From NCBI GenBank assembly GCA_951406725.2, contig OX597833.1, positions 36,332,001 to 36,396,000 of the forward strand: a stretch of 64,000 nt of DNA, in the 5' to 3' direction. Of this stretch, positions 41,365-53,589 are shown piece by piece. The translations under genes and the position numbers were made by a program. The notes beneath the pieces were generated by a model, which worked only from the letters and a program-made list of their open reading frames with translations, did no database searches and was not told the DNA's origin. How positions within the stretch are numbered: position 1 is the stretch's first letter; each line of letters starts with the position of its first letter. This DNA comes from Octopus vulgaris (taxonomy: Eukaryota).

Positions 41365-42439
41365 TTTTTTTATTTATTCATAAAATTATTGTAAGTTTTG
41401 TATCTCTATAAAGCTATGCTGATATATTCACTACTTATAATAAAAAAAATCTGCTTAAACTAAAAATTTTAATATATAATTAGCATGTTCTTTTACCTAA
41501 ATACTCCTTTATTAATACCAGTAAATATCATTTAATCAATATTCACAGATATCTGATAAGTTAGTATTTAAGTGTATAAATATTAAACTATTTCTATATA
41601 ATTTCTTTTCCTCCCTCTATTGTGGTAAAAGTTTGATATATACTAAAATAGTATTCATAAATATTCTTAACCCTAAATTTTATCTGTATACAACATAGCA
41701 GCATTGTTTTATAGTAGTTAACTGTAGTACTACATGATAAGACTTTCCCTGTCCCATGTTAGTGGGCGATCCCTTAATTATCAGCTAACATCTTATTTTT
41801 AGTTTTCTCTTACTAAACCTCATGACATTGCTTCAAATAAATCTTGTTTGTTCCTTCTCGAGCCATGCCTGGCTCATAAGGGCCGGTTTCCCGGTGTATA
41901 GGTTCTCCACCTGGACGGGACACCGGTCCGTCGCAGGTGAGCTGCAAGATGCAGGAGGAAAGAGTGAGAGAGAGTTGTGGCGAAAGAGTCAGCAGAAGTT
42001 CACCATTACATTCTGCCGGAGCCGCGTGGAGCTTAGGTGTTTTTGCTCATAAACACACACATCACCTGGTCTGAGATTCGAACGTACGATCCCTCGACCG
42101 CGAGTCCGCTGCTCTAACCACTAGGCCATGTACCTCCACAAATAAATCTTGATTTTTATGACTATGCCATTTAAAACGTCTGTCTACGCCACCAACTCTA
42201 CCCCAAACAGATACTACCCTCTTTCTTCTCTCAGCTTTAAATATCCAACGGATATTTAAAACTGACCGCGTAAAAAGAAACAGAATAACAGAAAAATCAG
42301 TGACAGGCAGTGTCTTCTTGAAAGAAATTTCAGTTATAACTATGATGTTGTTGGTAAAACATGTTCTTTGCCTATCGCCTTATCCTCTTGGAGATTTGGG
42401 GTAAACTTATACTAATGTGTCCTTCTAATTTAATTAAAG
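40989..42439. mobile_element. Fold-back element with ~180-bp inverted arms and AT-rich spacer
   Basis: 40989-41167 is an imperfect reverse complement of 42256-42439. Confidence 0.75.
41847..42139 (-). mobile_element. tRNA-derived SINE with 12-13 bp TSD
   Basis: A box TGGCCTAGTGG, B box GTTCGAATC; CAAATAAATCTTG at 41834-41846 and 42139-42151. Confidence 0.92.
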
Positions 42440-42589
42440 TCTATGTCTTTGTGCAGCTGAAGATTGCTCTACATTTTAAATTGATGTAATGAAATGATTG
42501 CATTGTTCAATTAAATGGAGTCGCATGAAACGACCGTACTGCATTAACTCTGGATATCCTTGTTGCTTATTTTGATTATACACACACAT

Positions 42590-42649
<60 letters not shown>

Positions 42650-43134
42650 GTGTATTTTACTGAGTGAAAGTGTGAGCGCGTGTGTGCATGCCCGTGTCTG
42701 TGTGCGTGGGAATAAACGAGTGTATGGTAGTGTGAGTTTGAAAAGGATTAAAATCGTGAATGTAAGTTTATGAAAGGGTCACGAAAGTAAACCTATTGGT
42801 TATCACTGACCACTATAGTACAATCACCGAGCAGCACCGCTTGTAGTTAGTGGCCTCACGAAAAACTTATATTCGCTGGCTACTTATATTCATTTATAGA
42901 CTGGAAGGAAAACAGAACAATCCAAACTCCTGTACTGCTTTGGGAAACTCCTTCGAAATCAACTCTCTTGTGATGAGAAAAGCTCTAATATACAAAAATA
43001 CATTGATAGATAGCGATCTCGTGAAAACCAAGTCCAAATACTTCTAAAAACAAAAGAAAAACCTTCTGTTTGTAACCAAGAACCAAAACAAATGTTGGTG
43101 TTACTGCTTAGCACTAGGTTAACGCTCACTCTAA

Positions 43135-43332
43135 TCCTGCGAAAGGTGGAAATTCGCGAAGTAGAAACAGTACTGTACTGTATATATTTAAAAATTATTT
43201 TTATAATTTGTATATATTTATTTTATTATAAATGCTAAACAACACCTCAGAGGAATCGACGTAAGCTTATATAATAAACCGCGATAGGTGAACCGCGATA
43301 GGTGGACCGCGATATGCTGAGGGATTACTGTA
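43135..43332. mobile_element. pogo/Tigger-like transposon end
   Basis: Subterminal ACCGCGATA repeats and terminus GAGGGATTACTG|TA; the terminus recurs at 43826-43839. Confidence 0.55.
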
Positions 43333-43434
43333 TTCGTCTCTCTTTCTATCTCTTGCCCTTTATCTCTCTCGTAATTTCCCTCTCTCTCTCTCTCTTTCTC
43401 TGCCTCTGTGTTTGTCTATCTGTCACTCACTCAC

Positions 43435-43822
<388 letters not shown>

Positions 43823-44219
43823 GTCGAGGGATTACTGTATACTTACGCACATAGACGCACACATATATACGTCTATGAGTATGTGTGTGCGTGTTTGTGT
43901 GTGTATATGTGTATGTGCGTGTGCGTGCGCGTGTGTATGCGTGTGTATGCGTGTGAATGTGTGTGTGTGTGTCTGTGTGTGTGTGTGCGAACATGTTTAA
44001 GCCATGTCTGTACTCTCAAGGGATATTTGTAATGGGCTGATTATGATAAGAGTGGTAGCTCACCCGAGGGAAATTTAGTAATTCTTTCCACCATTTTTTT
44101 GAAAAAATATTAAACTATTTTTCTTCCTTTCATTTATAAGTCTCTCTCACTCTCTCTTCTTTCCCCCTCTCTCCTATGTCTCTCTTCTACCTCTTCTTTC
44201 TCCTCTTTCGCTCCCTCTC

Positions 44220-44250
<31 letters not shown>

Positions 44251-44316
44251 ATTGTCATTCACTCACACGATATCTCACTCTCTGTCTCTTTGTCGTTCTG
44301 TCTCTCCTTCTCTTTC

Positions 44317-44366
<50 letters not shown>

Positions 44367-44718
44367 CTCCCTCTATCTCTCTCTCTCTCTCTTTCAACAT
44401 CTAGTTTTCCTTCACATGAGATTTAAGAAAAAGCTGTTCAGTTAGATTACTTCACTCGTTACAAACTACATCTTATAGACTAGTTTTCAGCGTTTAACAC
44501 CAGATGGCAGTCAGAGGGGCATTAGCTGTGAACTAACGGAACCGAAACAATTATAAAGAGTTTGGTTACATTCTGTTAGTTACAACATGCATTCATATGC
44601 TTGGCTAGTTACTTCTGTAAAAAAAGATTTTCAAAATATGTTGTTGATTTCACTTATTTCAGTCATCGGGCTACTGTTCTACCTTGTAAGGTTTTAGTCG
44701 GACGAACCGATCTCTATG

Positions 44719-45118
44719 TTTACTCTTTTACTTGTTTCAGTCATTTGATTGCGGCCATGCTGGAGCACCGCCTTTAATCGAGCAACTCGACCCCGGGACT
44801 TATTCTTTTGTAAGCCCAGTACTTATTCTATCGGTCTCTTTTGCCGAACCGCTAGGTAACGGGGACATAAACACACCAGCATCGGTTGTCATGCAATGCT
44901 AGGGGGACAAACACAGACACACAAACACACACACGCATATATATACATATATACGACGGGCTTCTTTCAGTTTTCCGTCTACCAAATCCACTCACAAGGC
45001 TTTGGTCGGCCCGAGGCTATAGTAGAAGACACTTGCCCAAGGTGCCACGCAGTGGGACTAAACCCGGGACCATGTGGTTGGTAAACAAGCTATTTACCAC
45101 ACAGCTACTCCTGCGCCT
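44719..45118 (-). mobile_element. SINE family A, full length, nested in an older family A fragment
   Basis: Matches 50354-50763; older fragments at 44650-44718 and 45120-45278. Confidence 0.9.
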
Positions 45119-45280
45119 ATATCTCAGTACTTATCTTTTAAAAGTCAGGTATTTATTCAATCAAAGTTTTTTTACCGAACCGCAAAGTTACGAGGACGTT
45201 AACAACTTATCGCCGGTTGTCAAGCAGTGGTGGGGAACAAACATACTCAGACATTTGTACACAAAGACACACACACACTA

Positions 45281-46324
45281 CGAGGGGTAGACAAATATTA
45301 ACCGCGCTTTCGCTTTCCCCATAACACATCTGCGCGTACATGCTTATAGTTGGTACTATTGTGGTCACGTGAACGAAATTTGAGTCTGATTGTGCCATTT
45401 TTTTATGGCTTTACAGTATAAGCATCGCCGCTCCAATAGCAAAGTACACCAAAGAAGAACAAAGAGCAATGATCCCATTTCTCTGATGGGAAGGTGTGTC
45501 AGATGCTGAAAATCATCGGAGGCTTTTAGTACAATACGGGGACAGTGCACTACCGCACAGAAGTGTGTATGATCGAGAAGTTTACAAGTAGCCGGTCAAA
45601 CGTGACGCACGAAGAGGGAGCGGGACGCCCTTCAAACTCCACCATTGACGAGAAGACTTAGCAAGTTCGAGAGATGGTAAGTTATCATTAATGAGGCAAG
45701 TTATCATCAATGAGGTAGCTCGTTCTCTGCAGATTAGTTAAGGTTCTGCCTGTCAAATCATCCACGGTGAGCTCGGCTTCCATAAAGTCTGTGCAAGATG
45801 GGTGCCAAGAGCGCTTACTGCAGAGCACAAGCGCAAATGTCTTGCGGTCGCTACAACAATGAGGCCGAGGAATTTTTGAGCAGAATAGTCACAGAAGAGG
45901 AGACGTAGGTTCATCATTATGAGGCAGAATCCAAAAGACAGAGTATGGAGTGGAAACATCCTGGCTCGCCAGCGACGAAGAAAATCAAGACTTAGGTTTC
46001 CGTGGGAAAGGTGATGCTAACCCTTTTTTGGGACTCCAAAAGCCCTATACTGAAAGACTACCAGGAAAAGGGGTGTACGATCAATAGTGCAAGATACAGT
46101 GCTTTGCTGGGCAACGAACTACTCTTTGTTCTTCTTTGGTGCACATAGCTAGTAGAGCGGCCATGCTTACACTGTAAAGCCAGAAAGATAAATGGCGCGA
46201 TCAGGTTCAAATTTCGATCACGTGACCACAATAGTACCAACTATAAGTAAGCATGCGCAGAAGACAGTGTGATAATGATAAAGATATGCTATGGCGAAAA
46301 TGTGGATAATTTTGACTTCCCTCG
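45281..46324 (+). mobile_element. Mariner derivative with two 5' ends
   Basis: TA|CGAGGGG..CCCTCG termini; decayed transposase (KEEQRA, GAGRPSNST, KVCARWVPRALT, SMEWKHPGSP); 46122-46324 is an inverted copy of 45281-45466. Confidence 0.88.
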
Positions 46325-46326
46325 TG

Positions 46327-46370
<44 letters not shown>

Positions 46371-46451
46371 TAATCCAAACAAGAAAAACAAAAAAGACAA
46401 GAACGCAAAAAGTGGAACAATTAAAGTATTATTAGGTGCTCAGGAAAAAAG

Positions 46452-46502
<51 letters not shown>

Positions 46503-46538
46503 GAAAGAATGGAGTCGAACGAAGATGTTAACAAAATT

Positions 46539-46631
46539 CCTTTACTCTCGACACATGTTTCGAAGACAGCATGTTTTCATTCCAAGGGAATAAAGGGTGC
46601 ATTATGCAATCTTCTCATCAGGAAAGAAAGG
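46539..46631 (-). ncRNA. Type I hammerhead ribozyme, canonical core, palindromic minimal stem III
   Basis: CCTTTCTTTC-CTGATGA-GAAGA..TCTTC-GAAAC-ATGT-GTC-GAGAGTAAAGG; all core nucleotides present, stems I and II pair. Confidence 0.85.
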
Positions 46632-47886
46632 GAGCCTCTCTCGACAACAAGACAAACAAAAATTTCGATGATTGCCTACATGGTAAACAAAGCGATAATG
46701 AGTGTTTTTTTAAAAAAACCGTTAGAAGAATTGACGTCAAAAATAGATAGTAGGAAGAGAAGGGATATAGTAATAATAGGTAGGGAACAGTATGTTTGCT
46801 GTATGCATGGAAATGTGTGGGTGTGCTTGTGTTAATGAGTGCGTGTGTTTGTGTGTGTGTATGTGTGTGTATATAACTGCATTTGTGTCTGTGTGTGTGA
46901 TTGTGTGTGTGAGAGAGAGACAGACGTCAAAGATAGATAGTAGGAAGAGAAGGGATAAAGGCCGACAACTGATGAAGGGTCGTTTCTCTGTGTTTAGTTT
47001 TTGTCTCGTTGTTTACGTATTTCATGTTGTTGCACAGTTGGTGACGTCCTGCACCCATATATGCATATATATATATATGTATATATATATATATGCATAT
47101 ATTATTTATTATTATTATTCAGTTGAACGCCATGCATCCATTTCCATATAAATATAAACATCTACAATGTGCATACGTGGGTGCACGGTGTGTGTATGTG
47201 TATGTATGTGTGTGTGTGTGCTTGCTTGCTTGCGTGCGTGCGTGCGTCCGTGTGTGTGTGCGTGTGTAGTCTAGATGTATAAATTATTTGCATATTTCTA
47301 AGATGAATTGTGACACAGTAAAAGCGCACTTCCGACCAATCTTTTTACTCTTTTTTTTATCACGTGCTTTCTTTATATTTTTAGAACTATTTATAAACTT
47401 TATATCTTCTTTCCCTTTTTTAAACTCTCTTTTTGCTTTTTTCTCCTCTGCTACCTCCTCTGCATACACACATACATTCATACATACATACATACATACA
47501 TACATACATACATACATACATACATACATACATACATACATACATACATACATTCCCTTACTTGCACGCTGTCTTCTTTCTATATTTGATACATTCTCTG
47601 ACTTACAGAACACTGTATTATTGAAGTGCCCCATAAATTTATTTATTTTAAATGTTAAAATAGAAATACATACAAACGTTCAACTAAATTTTATAAATGT
47701 AACGTTTTCTATATTAAACGTCAGTTGTTCCATTTCTGCGGCAACGCAAAACTCAGTGTAATGAACGGTGAAAATTTTAGTTTTCTTATGGTTACATGTA
47801 TGTATGTATGTATGTATGTATGTATGTATGTATGTATGTATGTATGTATGTATGTATGTATGTATGTATGTATGTATGTATGTATG

Positions 47887-48216
47887 TTTTCGATTCCCAG
47901 ACCGGGCGTTGTGAGTGTTTATTGAGCGAAAACACCTAAAGCTCCACGAGGCTTCGGCAGGGGATGGTGGTGATCCCTGCTGTACTCTTTCACCACAACT
48001 TTCTCTCACTCTTACTTCCTGTTTCTGTTGTACCTGTATTTCAAAGGGCCGGCCTTGTCACTCTCTGTGTCACGCTGAATATCCCCGAGAACTACGTTAA
48101 GGGTACACGTGTCTGTGGAGTGCTCAGCCACTTACACGTTAATTTCACGAGCAGGCTGTTCCGTTGATTCGGATCAACCGGAACCCTCATCGTGACGGAG
48201 TGTAACCGACGGAGTG
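47887..48216 (+). mobile_element. tRNA-derived SINE, 5'-truncated, mosaic body and tail
   Basis: B-box remnant TTCGATTCCC; body resembles 41847-42139, tail resembles 892-1075. Confidence 0.85.
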
Positions 48217-49017
48217 TATGTATGTATGTATGTATGTATGTATGTATGTATGTATGTATGTATGTATGTACGTATGTATATATGTATGTATGTGTGAATG
48301 TGTGAATGTGTGTGTGTGTGCACGCTCGCGTATGTCGTCTTTCTCTTTTTAATTCGAAATATATTTTGAGCGGGCACTTCTCGTGTGTAGAGGTTGTATT
48401 GTCAAACCGTTCATTTTAAGGTTTCCAAAGGAGAGCACAAATTTTCCACGTTTTATCGCAAAAATGCACATTTCGACCCGCCAGATTTCATTTCAAAGTT
48501 TGCAGAAAATTGGGCAATAAGATCCAGTTGTTTTTTATGCGGTTGGAATTTGACCCATACAGCTTCAAGTCTTCGACAAAGAAAAGAAAAGATAGGAGAT
48601 ACTATGGATCAGTTTCTATGGTCACTATGTTTTGTGAGCAGGTATATATATATATATATATAAGTAAATATATGGCACAACGAAGTACCGATATTTACTG
48701 GAAAATAGCGAACGTAATAAATACGACGCTAATGTATAGCTTCACCGCGTATGTACTAGCAAAAATGCGTGTGTGCAGCAAACTTGAAAAAAATTGTCTT
48801 ACCCCCATTACTAATTATATATATATATATATATACATATATATACACATACACACTTTAATTTACTGGTGAAAATTAGCATAGATATGAAAATTTATAT
48901 GAGTATATTAAGTATATGATTTAACTTATAAAACAAAGTCTAACAAATTCAATCTTATTTTTCGTAAATGGAGGAGATCAGATGTTAATATGGATTGAAA
49001 TTATTTCTATTTGTGTA

Positions 49018-49093
49018 GCTATACGATCGTTTCATACAGAAAGACAATAAATATATTTTAAGAATCTGGGTTCAGAAAGTATTCGTCGGTAGC
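49018..49093 (-). ncRNA. Type I hammerhead motif with CCGACGA variant core
   Basis: GCTA-CCGACGA-ATAC..GTAT-GAAAC-GATC-GTA-TAGC. Confidence 0.68.
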
Positions 49094-49155
49094 AAAAATT
49101 AAGGAAGCTAACGTATTTTTAGCTTTTCTTTTTTTCCCCCCTTTTCTTAATTTTT

Positions 49156-49217
49156 GCTATTCATGAATACTTTTTAACAACTCAGATTCTTAAAATTGTA
49201 TGAAACGATCGTATAGC
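49156..49217 (+). ncRNA. Decayed mirror copy of the hammerhead motif
   Basis: GCTA-TTCATGA-ATAC..GTAT-GAAAC-GATC-GTA-TAGC. Confidence 0.5.
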
Positions 49218-49509
49218 TACATAAATAATAATAATTTCACTCCATATTAAAATCTGATCTCCTCCGTTTACAAAAAATATGATTGAATTTGTTGAACTTT
49301 GTTTTATAAGTTAAATCATATACTTAATATACTTATATGTAAACTATTGAACCTTGGGAGAGGCATAATTCCCCTCTCAAGATTCAATAGTATTTCCTTC
49401 AACACACGAATTCACATCAAGAATTATACAAACCAAATACAAATACGAACTATATATATGTGTGTGTGTATGTGTATATATATACATATACATATATACA
49501 TATACATAT

Positions 49510-49588
<79 letters not shown>

Positions 49589-49673
49589 AAATTTTAATCT
49601 TCGGATTTTTTAAAAATATGCATGCCACTGGTATTAATTGATTAATGTCAATTTCTACCCTTATTTAATTTTA

Positions 49674-49722
<49 letters not shown>

Positions 49723-50146
49723 CACACATACATACATACATACATACATACATACATACATACATACATACATACATACATACATACATACATACATACA
49801 TACATACATACATACATACATACATACATACAATCATACATACATACATATATACACGTATGAATATTAGTTGTTTAAATACATTACAGTTCAGGCTGGA
49901 AACCTAACTGCTACGAAGTAAAAATTCAGCTGAAAAGCAGCTAAAAACTGTCAGATCACATGGCCCATCACTTATGGCAATATACACTCACTCATACTCT
50001 ACCACTCATGTATATACACAGATATGTGTATGTGTCTTTCTCTCCCTTTATATATGTATACACACACACACACACACAATGTGTTATTAATAGAATATAG
50101 CTTAACTATATATATATACATGGCAATCTCAGTGTCCTATGTAATG

Positions 50147-50271
50147 TGCATCTATTATAAGAGGGCTGCAATAGCATACAATTCGTCCTGAGATAATTTT
50201 CTCAGATATGTATGTGAGAGACTTTCTCAAGACGAATACTGCAGTATTACGGCGCTCTTATAATACATACA
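50147..50271. repeat. Imperfect hairpin (~55-bp arms)
   Basis: TATTATAAGAG..ATTCGTCCTGAGA versus TCTCAAGACGAAT..CTCTTATAATA. Confidence 0.75.
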
Positions 50272-50353
50272 CGTTAAGAAGAAAATAGAGACTATCATTC
50301 GGTAATAATGCTACTTCCATCCCTAATATCTGATTATATATTTCTATACATCT

Positions 50354-50763
50354 CTTTACTCTCTTTTACTTGTTTCAGTCATTTGACTGCGGCCATGCTG
50401 GAGCACCGCCTTTAATTGAGCAACTCGACCCCGGGACTTATTCTTTTGTAAGCCTAGTACTTATTCTATCGGTTTCTTTTGCCGAACCGCTAAGTAACGG
50501 GGACATAAACACACCAGCATCGGTTGTCAAGCAATGCTAGGGGGACAAACACAAACACACAAACACATATACACACATATATATATATATACATATATAC
50601 GACAGGCTTCTTTCAGTTTCCGTCTACCAAATCCACTCACAAGGCTTTAGTCGTCCTGAGGCTATAGTAGAAGACATCTGCCCAAGGTGCCACGCAGTGG
50701 GACTGAACCCGGAACCATGTGGTTGGTAAGCAAGCTACTTACCACACAGCCACTCCTGCGCCT
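50354..50763 (-). mobile_element. SINE family A, full length, with 11-bp TSD
   Basis: TCTATACATCT at 50343-50353 and 50765-50775. Confidence 0.92.
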
Positions 50764-51481
50764 ATCTATACATCTATACAGATATTTAAAAAAACACACG
50801 TATATGTATACACATACATGAATGCACATATGCACACATACACATGTACACACACACACACGCACACATACACACACCAAATAATGCAATATATGCGCGC
50901 ATGCATTAGTCCGTGTGAAGAGGTATTGTATCCTTTAAAATCTCCCTTGACCTATTAAAATTACGTAGGTCTCATACACACGCGCACGCACACATAAGGT
51001 ACGCTCGATTGCATGCATGTCCGTATACTAACACAAAGACAGAAATATTCAGTCTAGTGTACAGGACAGAAAATTTATTCTGAGTCACTGGACATTACCA
51101 GTATAGGTTACATATTGCACTTACGTTTAAAGGAATTTTCTCACTCTGTATTACCGGTCTTCTACCCAGTTCCTCTTTTCTCCTGTTTCATTTTCTCTCA
51201 CCATCCTTTCTTTTCATCTCTTTGTCTCCTTCCTATGTCTTAATCTTTCTTTCCTTGTCTTCACCCTCTGTCTCCCACACTCCTCCACTCTCCACCTTGC
51301 CATACTCCATATGTGTGTATGGGTGGGGACAAGGGATATAACTCCCAGAGAATTTATTGGAGTTAAACTCCCTCTGTGCACGGACTTCTCCTTGCGCAAT
51401 ATATTGTATGTATTGGTGAATGTACATATGTGCATGAGCATGTATACATATATATATATATATAACATCTGTTTGTAAGTA

Positions 51482-53110
51482 CAGGATGTCCCAAAACTAT
51501 TTCAATGAAATCGGGCAAATTTTTAAGAAACTGACAGAATTTTATGTTTAGTACTTACTAATGATACCAAAACAAATAGATTTATATATCCTATGTCAAA
51601 ACTTTATAGAAAACTAGCAAGGATACCCAGCGTTGACCTGTCATATGCAATTGAATAATTAGACTTTTCTTTTATATGAAATGGAATACCTATGATTCGA
51701 ATTTCATCGAAAATTAGGGATTAAAAATTTTAATGAGAGTTCTTTCCCTCGTTACACACCCTTACAAAAATTCTAATCAAGACATATTTATCCCATACTA
51801 CTCGCCTTTATGTCCAGATTCCAGAATCCAAATCTTATAAAACCTATTCAAAGGTTTTTTGCTTCTGAAAAATGGAGCACATAGAGCACATGGAGCTCTA
51901 AATTGTGGGAGTTAAGGCCCCTATTAGAGGGGCGGTCTCGATTTTAAAGCCAACCAGAGAAGTTCAATTGTTGGGAATCTTTTTTGACTTGTGTCATATC
52001 TATTGTTCAAATTTCTTTGAAATCGGAAATATATGAATGTTTACTGGGTTTGTAAAAGAGAGCAAAGCTAAAGGAAACCAAAAGACGAATGACCACAATA
52101 AGCAGTCAGCTACCCTACCCTAGTCGTTAGCACTCTTCAATGTAGGATTCCTCACTATACAGATGACCGGCACAGCCGTAAGAAGCATTACGGATCTATA
52201 GCAACTGGAAGGGCGTGACCCAACTGAAATAAACATTAACACCTGTGTGACGTGAAGGCTAGGGGGAAATGAAAGTGTCACCTCTGGAGATTGCCGATGA
52301 TCAGAATGAATTCGCAATCTATAAATGTCTTTGAATGACCAGTCACTTATCTGGAAAGCCCTTGAAATCAATGTTACCATCTGGGGACTATCTCTGACCC
52401 AGCGATAACAAAAAGACTCAAAGGAAGTCTGCAACTAGAAACTTTACTCAAAATAACACTGTGCAACTGAATCAATGGAGACAAAGATGCCTCTCCTTTA
52501 CTTACAATTTATGCACCACATTGCAGAAATCACAATCTAAGTATATTTCAAAGCAAATTCTTGCACTGTTGTACCACTGAATTACAAATAATTCTCATCT
52601 TGCTTCCTCGGGTCACTCTACAGCTTTCAAGACTACAATAGTATTCGTCTTGGCTTAGGAAAAATGACTAAATTGTTGGGGTTAAGCCCCCCATTAAGGG
52701 GTCTTACTAACTCCTAAGAAGTTGAAATTTTAGGAATATTACTTCATTTGTGTCTAATATCTATGGTTAAAATTTCATCAACAGCAAAAATATATGAATT
52801 TTCATGGGGGTTGTGGCCTCATTTATGCCCCCTCACTTTCAAACATATACTGCATTACATCTGTCCTTATGCACAGAATATAATTTCTAAATTTCATAAA
52901 TTTCACACAGAGACTCACAGACAGAAACACATTCTCAATTTTATATATTAAATTTTCAACAATTACTCTGCCTGTATCCTTGAAATTTTCAAATTTATCC
53001 TTAGCGTTACAAAACACATTTTGAAGAATTTCAGGAGTTATCGCCTGCACTAGTAACTGAATGCGTTCTTTTAAGTTCAACTAAATTATTGCTCCATCCT
53101 GGTGAAGGAG
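51482..53110 (-). mobile_element. Tc1-like transposon remnant interrupted by a Helitron
   Basis: Terminus TA|CAGGATGTCCC; minus-strand LHQDGA and LKERIQLLVQAITPEILQNVF at ~52960-53110. Confidence 0.6.
51614..52952 (-). mobile_element. Old non-autonomous Helitron
   Basis: 3' CAACGCTGGGTATCCTTG-CTAG; 5' TTTAATATATAAAATTGAGAATGTGTTTCTGTCTGT (TC decayed to TT). Confidence 0.65.
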
Positions 53111-53589
53111 GAAGAGAAAATGATTACAACCAAATTGAAAACAAAAGCTGTCGTTGACAGATAAGCGTGACCCCACAGGAATGAAAGTAAAATTATGAAA
53201 AAATCTACAAAATTTATAAAATTATAAACAAAATTAAAACTTAATAAACTTCCAGCATATACTAAACAGGATAAACATAAATAAAAGTGAGTTTTTTGAA
53301 AGAATTGTCGGATTTCAATGAACCAGATAGTTAATCACACACATGCACATATATAACTGTATGCGCTTATGGGTGCGTGTGTGTGTGTGTATGTGTGACA
53401 AATGTGTGCCCGCCATCTTTGTAGTACTGCGCCAGGCTCAACTCCGTCTGCGGATTCAGATAAGACAACATGAGTCCGCGGAATACTCAATTCCTAACAC
53501 TATAACTGAATGAGTGGATCACAAGTGGATCAAACGATGGCTATGCTCATCATTTAAACCAATGGAAGATCCATTTTCTATATTATGTA

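Larger units (their letters stand above)
48900..49335. repeat. ~435-bp imperfect palindrome carrying two mirrored hammerhead motifs
   Basis: 48900-49105 versus 49143-49335 are reverse complements apart from one ~20-bp indel. Confidence 0.92.

Noticed and set aside
46970-47065. CTGATGA-AGGG hammerhead-like start
   Set aside because: No GAAA or cleavage triplet follows a pairable stem II
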